DNA from: Zygnema circumcarinatum SAG 698-1b | Lineage: Eukaryota; Plantae; Zygnematophyceae | Assembly: GCA_037447605.1 (NCBI GenBank) | Contig: CM074809.1 | Span: 3,462,689-3,526,688, forward strand | Direction of reading: 5' to 3' | DNA length: 64,000 bases | Shown: piece by piece, positions 57,632 through 64,000 of the stretch | How the letters are laid out: the number at the start of each line of letters is the position of its first letter | How positions within the stretch are numbered: the stretch's first letter is position 1 | Notes under the pieces: generated by a model | The model's database searches: none | What the model was told of the DNA's origin: nothing | The model's input: the letters and a program-made list of their open reading frames with translations, nothing else | Made by a program: the position numbers and the translations under genes

Positions 57632-60609
57632 TCACCTTGAACACCCACTTGCATCCAATGGTTCTCCTTCCTCGCCGCAAAATTTCCTCGTCGCCATGTG
57701 CCGCTCTCCAAGAATCGGCCCCATTCGGCCGCTGACGGCCGCTGCCACTTCTCTCCATCGACCCTGCCAGGCGCTTTCCTCAAAGGTTTGCGGTTCGGTG
57801 ATCATAAAACAGTGGGCAGCTCCCGCGAGGTCCGCTGAGTCTGTAGGCACTCTTTCCTGTACTAGGTTAGTCTGCGAAGGCCTGTAGTGATCAGGCCTCC
57901 TCACCACACGGGTGCTCCTCCGAGGTCCTTGCGCTCTCCGGCTCCTCGTGTTGAAGAAAATCCCCGGGACAAACCCGGGAGGCATGCTCGACAACATAGC
58001 CTCTCTCTCAGCCGTCTCCAAATCCTCAGACTCCTGCCCATGCAAAGGTACAGTTTCGGCCGAGTTCTCCTCGTCGGACAGGTGAGTGTGTAGTGGTGCC
58101 GTCTCCGTCGAAGGTTGCGGCTCCCCCGCTTGCGGCTCCTCGGGTTCAACTCCCACGGCCGCCTCCACGTTCGGCGTTGCTTCCGGCTCAGCTCCCTCGC
58201 TCTCAGGCGTGCTGATCTCCTCTGAAGCTGGGACCTGAGAGGCGTCCATGCCTTCTTCGCTGGTCTCCACATCCTCGTACACAATTTCCAAACCTGCCTT
58301 TGGGGTGCGGGTCTCACCTAGCCGAGTCACCGCCCCCTTCTCGTCCACCGTAACGTCTCTCGAGCTCTGCACTTCGTTTGCTCGAGGGTTCCACACCCGG
58401 TAGGTGCGACTGTCCATGTTGTAGCCGAGAAGGTACCCTTCCACGGCTCGGGGGTCGAACTTTCTCTTCTGCCTCGCCTTCGGCACTGTCGACCAGCAGC
58501 GCGCTCCAAAGGTCTTCAGGTGGGACACCGTGGGTTTCCTCCCACTCCACACCTCTTCAGGAACCTGATCTTTAAGCACAGAAGATGGGCATCTATTTCT
58601 AAGGTAAGTTGCGGTCATCACCGCCTCTCCCCAAAAGGATGCCGGGAAGGGGGAATCTATCAGCATGGTCCGTGCCATGTCCCCCAGCGTCCTATTGACC
58701 CTCTCAGCAGCTCCATTACTTTGAGGGGAGTAAGGAGCAGAAAATTCATGCCTTATTCCGCGAGCCTTCAAGTACCCGCCGAACTCCTTCGACTTGAATT
58801 CCCCTCCGTTGTCCGAGCGCAGCGTCTTCAGTTTCTGACCGCTCTCTCGCTCCATCTGAGTCTGCCAATCTCTGAACGCTCCGAAAGCTTCAGATTTGTA
58901 CTTGAGAATTTTCACCCAAATTTTCCTCGAAAAATCGTCGAGGAAGGTGATGAAGTAGCGAGCTCCTCCGCTCGTTGCCGGTGTCACGGGTCCACACAAA
59001 TCGGTATGAACCAATTCCAGTTTCTCTTGCGCGTGAAATGACTCCTCTCCACTCCTCGAGAAAGGTCTCCTGTGCGCTTTCCCCTCTACACACTCTTTGC
59101 AAAAGCCTAGCTCCTTCTCAACTACGTCAACGTCTAACCCGCGGACCAGCCCCTTTGCAGCAAGCTGTTGCAGTCCCCTATGGTTTAGATGACCAAGTCT
59201 ACGATGCCAAAGATTTACTGCACCCTCAGTTACAGCCATCACACCCTCATCTTCTTCTCTCCTATAATGAAGGTAATACAGGCCTCCCTTCTCATACCCC
59301 TCAAACAGCCGCTTCCCCGACTCTAGGTGAGTAGCTACACAAGACTTCTCCTTAAAGGTGACTTCGTACCCCCTCTTACATACTTGACTAACAGACATGA
59401 AGTTCTGTTTCAGGTCAGGAGTATGAAGTACGTCACCGATGCACAACCGCTCTTCTCTTTCTTCTTCGTAGATGATAGAGCCGTCTCCGAGGATCATCTT
59501 TACTACACCTCCTTTTGTAACTGTCACTCCCTCTCCGGTTGCCGAGTGAACAGATCTGGTCCTCTCCAAGGTGTCCAGCGTAGAGAACATTCGCTTGTCG
59601 CCACACATGTGCGTGGAAGCGCCAGAGTCGATCAGCCATGGCCGCTTCAGATCCGTAACCTGGATCTTCCCAACAAAATCAGAATGTTCAGTCAGCATGA
59701 GATTCGTCTCCACCGCCACTCTGCAATCTGTGCTCTTGTGGCCTCGCTTCTTGCATTTAAAGCAGATTCCCTTGAATCCCTTCTTGACGGATGACGATGC
59801 TCCTCCACCCCGATCTTGGGTGTTCTTGTTCTTGTAACAGTCGGCCGAGAAGTGGCCCGTCTTGCCGCACGTGTAACACGCTCCCGCAGGGCGTTCCCCA
59901 CGGTCTGCTCTCGGCGCACCTCCTCTTCGAACTTGTCGTGAGTGCAGCGCCAACACCTTCTCCTCGGTGCCTCCAACGTCTTGGACAGTGTTCTCCTCCT
60001 TGATCCTCCGTTTCACTTGCTCAAGGGTCATCACGGTGTTCGTTAGAACAGTCCTAAGAGCTGCAACTGCTACATCAAATCGGCCAGGCAGTCCCCCTAG
60101 AAACTGGCTGATTTTATGGTCTCCCTCTAACGGTTTTTGCAGCGCTATAAATCTCTCCATTAGAGTATCAAATCTGACCATATATTCACTCAGCTTCTCT
60201 TCCGNNNNNNNNNNTGTGAAGTCTTAAGGTCATACAGCATGGAAGAGGGACTTCCCCTCACGCTCATGACGATCTGGGTGAGGGCCTTGTTGTCCTTGGT
60301 CCTCCATCTGGCGAGCGCTGTGTCGAACTCCGACTGCCGCTCCGCCGTGGCTCCCTCCGGCTGCACCGGTGCCTTGATGGTGCCGTCAACGTACCCCAAC
60401 AGCCCCTTGCCCACGAGCAAGGGAACCAGCCGCCATCTCCACCCCTTGTAGTCCGAACCATCGAACGCTGGGATGCTGAACTTCACGTGGTCTTCCTCGC
60501 CACCTTGGGCTCTGATACCACTTGTTGAAGCAGGGGTATGCTCCCCACTTCCTGCACCACCTTGGGTGTCGCCCTCCATTGGAACTTGAATTCCCACGGA
60601 TGAAGACAT
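57632..60609 (-). CDS. Gag-protease-integrase polyprotein (gap at about 60205)
   Basis: MSSSVG..STSGIRAQG; two CCHC; WLIDSGAS; LWHRRLGH; SDNGGEF; open for 849 aa. Confidence 0.92.
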
Positions 60610-61648
60610 TCAAACACTCAAAGCTCTATCTTACTGCAATCATCGCCCATAACAACAGCATGAAGCTACAAGACAAGCACAGCCGGAATCACAATGAGAG
60701 TGTTAGGAGAAGCTCACGCTCTAAAACTCCTTATAATAAAACTGCTCTCCCACACGAAGCTTCTCCCACTACTCAAGGTCCCTCTACTCACGCCACCACG
60801 ACACAAGTGTAGGCAGCCTAGCAGCACGAGCAGGCACAGAATAAGACCCGAGACTATGACAAAGTAGTGTGGGTGGGTTACTTCCCATAATAAAACTATG
60901 CACTATATAATATGGCGTCCGTGACGTGACACACATGTCACGCTGGGCCCGCCATCAGAAACCCATGCACCGAGTCCGAGCTGGCGATTAGAATACGACC
61001 GCTAGCGGCGTCTCGTGAAAACCCACAAGCAGTCAGCCGTACTCCAGTTCTTGCTCACGACACTGCCCGCAGACAAGATCGCTGCTTTCGCCATACCGGC
61101 CTCTTCCTAGTCTTCGCCCGCCGACACCTCGGTCGTACACTCGAACTCGCGGACCCACATTGCGAGTGGTCCACGTGGCGCATTCCGGTTCGCCGCCAAA
61201 TATCTTCTATGTCGTTTCCGCGCCGCAACTTTGCGCTCCGCGTTTCGCGCCCGCGCCGCGACCAATCAAAGTTGCGCGCGTCCGTACTTCGCGAATCCGC
61301 GGCCGCGCCTCGACCAATCAAAGTTGCGCGTCCGTTCTCCGCGCACATGTGTCAGCGCCGCGTCCAATCAGCGCCGCTCGTTCGTACTCCGCGCACTCGC
61401 GGCGCACTCACCTGAGTCAGAGCACCGACATTCCTAAATCTAAGAGCACTACGCCTAGCAGATCTCATGTTCTACAAACTGAGTACCACAACAAGTTAGT
61501 GTGTGCCATACAATGTCTAACTATCATACACTAACACTAACAATGAACCTCCTACCAGCATGGAGGATTGGAAGCAAGGCTGTTCAGTGGCAACCCGCCA
61601 CGTGTCCATCTCTGACCCAAATGGGTTAAAGGAGTGCAACGTACGAAT

Positions 61649-61682
61649 CTTGCCGCATTCCGCGGCTGCGGAATGCGGCAAG
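61649..61682. repeat. Perfect 15-bp stem hairpin
   Basis: CTTGCCGCATTCCGC-GGCT-GCGGAATGCGGCAAG. Confidence 0.85.
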
Positions 61683-62136
61683 CGTAGTTTTTCGCACTCG
61701 CGGCGCGGTCCTGTTCGCACTCCGCGATCGCCGTCTACGCACTTCTCCAAACGACGTCTTTGCAACTTTGCCCTCACGCGGGGCCCTCAAACTTAAAAAC
61801 AGCGCCGGCGCGGCGCGCGGAGACCGCTTGTCGGTGTGTCGTGTTGCGCGTCACGAGCGGGAAGCCGGGAAAACAACCATGACGTCACGTTGCCGCAATT
61901 TTTGTCAGTGTTTTCTTCGCACGTCCATTTCGGCGCCTCTTTTGGGTGCGAACAAAATCGTGCGAAGAAGTGCCCTTTTTAGTAAACCCCACGGGTCAAT
62001 CTTTGCAACGTTGACCCGTTGACTTAGCACAGTTGACTTCCGTTCGGTTTGGTTTACGTTCGGGGGCGCGATGATTTTTAGTACTTAGTAACCTCGATTC
62101 TCGTAATACTAAAAACTCGATATTCGTAACATTTTG

Positions 62137-62540
62137 TTAAGTCTGACACCCCCTATTAGGGGGAGTCAGACCTTGACCATCGCCAAACCAATTAAAAGAT
62201 TCCCTCTGCGAAAAGGTATTGATTTCGATTGCAGAATAAGGGTCGGAAACCGCAGCTCCCTCCGAACCTGTCTGTCCCGTCCGTACTTCAAAATAGGTTG
62301 CAAAAATGAGATACAGGCTCGGCGCGCGAGCCTGTCGAACGTCCACTTTTGGCGAAAAAGGCCTGCCGTACAACGCGGAATTGGCCCGAAGGGCTCGCGG
62401 AAGTGGTTTGGCGATGGTCAAGGGAGAATAGGGGGAGTCAGACTTAGACCAGCGCCAAATCAATTCAGAAAACCCCGACCCTAATTCCGCGTTGTACGGC
62501 AGCCCAATTCCGCGAAAAGTGGACGTTCGACAGGCTCGGG
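62137..62540. repeat. Interleaved inverted-repeat complex
   Basis: 62171-62190 and 62404-62423 perfect IR; 62138-62157 and 62427-62446; 62328-62381 and 62483-62537; palindrome 62141-62171. Confidence 0.8.
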
Positions 62541-62924
62541 CGTCACGAATTCCAGAGAGCAATTATTTTGCCTCCGTATCTCCGGGCCAGGTTTGACTCC
62601 CCCCTTTTTGCCCCCCCGCGCTCCCTCCGCCGCCTGCCGCCTGCCGCCCTCCATTTTGTCGCTACGCGCGTCACCACCGCGCGAGCGGCGTCCCGCCGCG
62701 GTGCCTCGCGCCCGCCGCTTGCCCGCATGCTCGCTCGCTGCGAGCTCATATCAGCTCGGGTTTAGGGTTGAGGGCTCCTCCCTCGCCATGGCCGAGCTAT
62801 CCTTGCAGCGGAACGAGCAGAGCGTCCTCTCGCCTCACCCCAGTGAACGGTGATCGGTGTGCCGTCGACCACGGCAAGAGCGCGATCGGTTTATGGGGAC
62901 GACGGCGGACTTGAGCAGCGGTGA

Positions 62925-63960
62925 GTCCTTGCCCTTGCCCCTGCCTCCCTTACCCTTGCCCCTGCCTCCCGTGCCCTTGCACCTGCTTCCCTTGCCCTTG
63001 CCTCTGCACCTGCCTTCCCTGCCCTTCCCCCTGCCTCCCTTTCCCTTGCCCCTGCCTCCTATGCTCTTGCACCTGCCCCTGCCTCCCTCGCCTTTGCTCA
63101 TGCATCCTTTGTCTCCCTTGGTGCTCTTTTTGCTACTGCTGCTGTTGCTGCTTTTTATGCTGTTGTTGTTGATGTTGCTCCTGCTTCTTATGCTGGTGCT
63201 GTTTTTGCTCTTGCTTGTTTTGCTGCTGCTGCTGCCTCTTCTTCCTCTTCATCTGCTGTTTCTGCTGTTGTTGTTGTGCTGCTGCCGCTGCTATTGCTGT
63301 TGATACTGTTTCTGCTGCTACATCTCCTGCTGCTGTAGTTGATGTTGCTGTTGCTGTTGCTTTTTTTGCTCTTGGTTTTTTTGCTGCTGCTGCTGCTTCT
63401 TCTTCTTCATCTGCTGTTTCTGCTGTTGTTGTTGTTGTGCTGCTGCCGCTGCTACTGCTGTTGCTGCTGTTTCTGCTACTACTGCTGCAGCTCTAGTCGC
63501 TTCTTATCCTGCTGCTACTGCTACAGCTCCTGCTGCTACTGTTGCTACTGTTGCTGCTGTTGTTGCTATTGCTGCTGTTACTGTTGTTGTTGCTGTTGCT
63601 GCTGCTGCTGCTGTTGCTGCGGTTGCTGCTGTTGCTGCTGCTGGTGTTGCTGTTGTTGCTACTGTTGTTCCCGTTGCTGCTCCTGTTGCTGATCCTGCTG
63701 CTGCTTCTTTTTTTGTTGCTATTGCTATTTGTTGTTACTCTTGCTGCTGCTGCTGCTATTGCTTCTTTTTCTACTGCTGCTGCTGTTGCTGCTGTTTATG
63801 CTACTGCTATTGTTGATGCTGCTGCTGCTGCTTTTTTTGGTGTTGCTTTTTCTGCTTTTGCTTTTATGTTGTTACTGCTGCAGCAATTTTTATTATTTTT
63901 TGGATGCTGCATTTGGTATTCTGCATTCTGCATTCCTCATTTCGCATTCCGCATTCCGCA
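62925..63960. repeat. Simple-sequence mosaic (CCCTTG/CCCCTG tandem, then CTG/TTG triplets)
   Basis: Strongly A-poor + strand; about 155-bp internal duplication at 63230 and 63385. Confidence 0.9.
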
Positions 63961-64000
63961 TTTTGCCTCCCTTGCCCATGCCCTAGCCTCCTTTGCCTTT

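Larger units (their letters stand above)
55235..61542 (-). mobile_element. Near full-length Copia (family B); 3' LTR 55235 to about 56254, 5' LTR 60523-61542
   Basis: TSD ATGAA at 55230-55234 and 61543-61547; PBS 60509-60520; gag-PR-IN-RT-RH order. Confidence 0.92.

Noticed and set aside
61625-61640. TTAA/AGG as a Kolobok- or piggyBac-like terminus
   Set aside because: No matching right end or transposase within the window
62857-63986. Poly-Leu and poly-Cys ORFs
   Set aside because: By-product of A-poor triplet repeats that cannot form stop codons

Overview
Eukaryotic window, inferred to come from a green plant or streptophyte alga, from a gappy assembly. It has four parts. (1) 1.3-46.4 kb: a deeply nested pile of Ty1/Copia and Ty3/Gypsy LTR retrotransposons. 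Several insertions can be delimited exactly by 5-bp target-site duplications (TSDs), including solo LTRs, a gag-only non-autonomous element and a 454-bp TRIM. (2) 46.5-52.7 kb: an island of a host gene with 20 symmetric phase-2 exons, each encoding one plant-type leucine-rich repeat (LRR-RLK/RLP-like ectodomain). Its 5' and 3' ends are not visible. (3) 52.7-61.5 kb: a second nested Copia/Gypsy cluster. (4) 61.5-64 kb: a region with interleaved inverted repeats followed by simple-sequence DNA. The most notable observation is a tRNA-like module with RNA polymerase III A/B boxes near the 5' end of the LTRs of a gag/pol-coding Gypsy lineage. A TRIM with matching termini has a 130-bp LTR that is little more than this module. 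In addition, in every Copia family here whose 5' LTR/PBS junction is visible, Gag translation appears to start inside the LTR and read through the primer-binding site (PBS). All coordinates and alignments were read by eye; no searches were run. Bases 1 to about 1200 are left unannotated.
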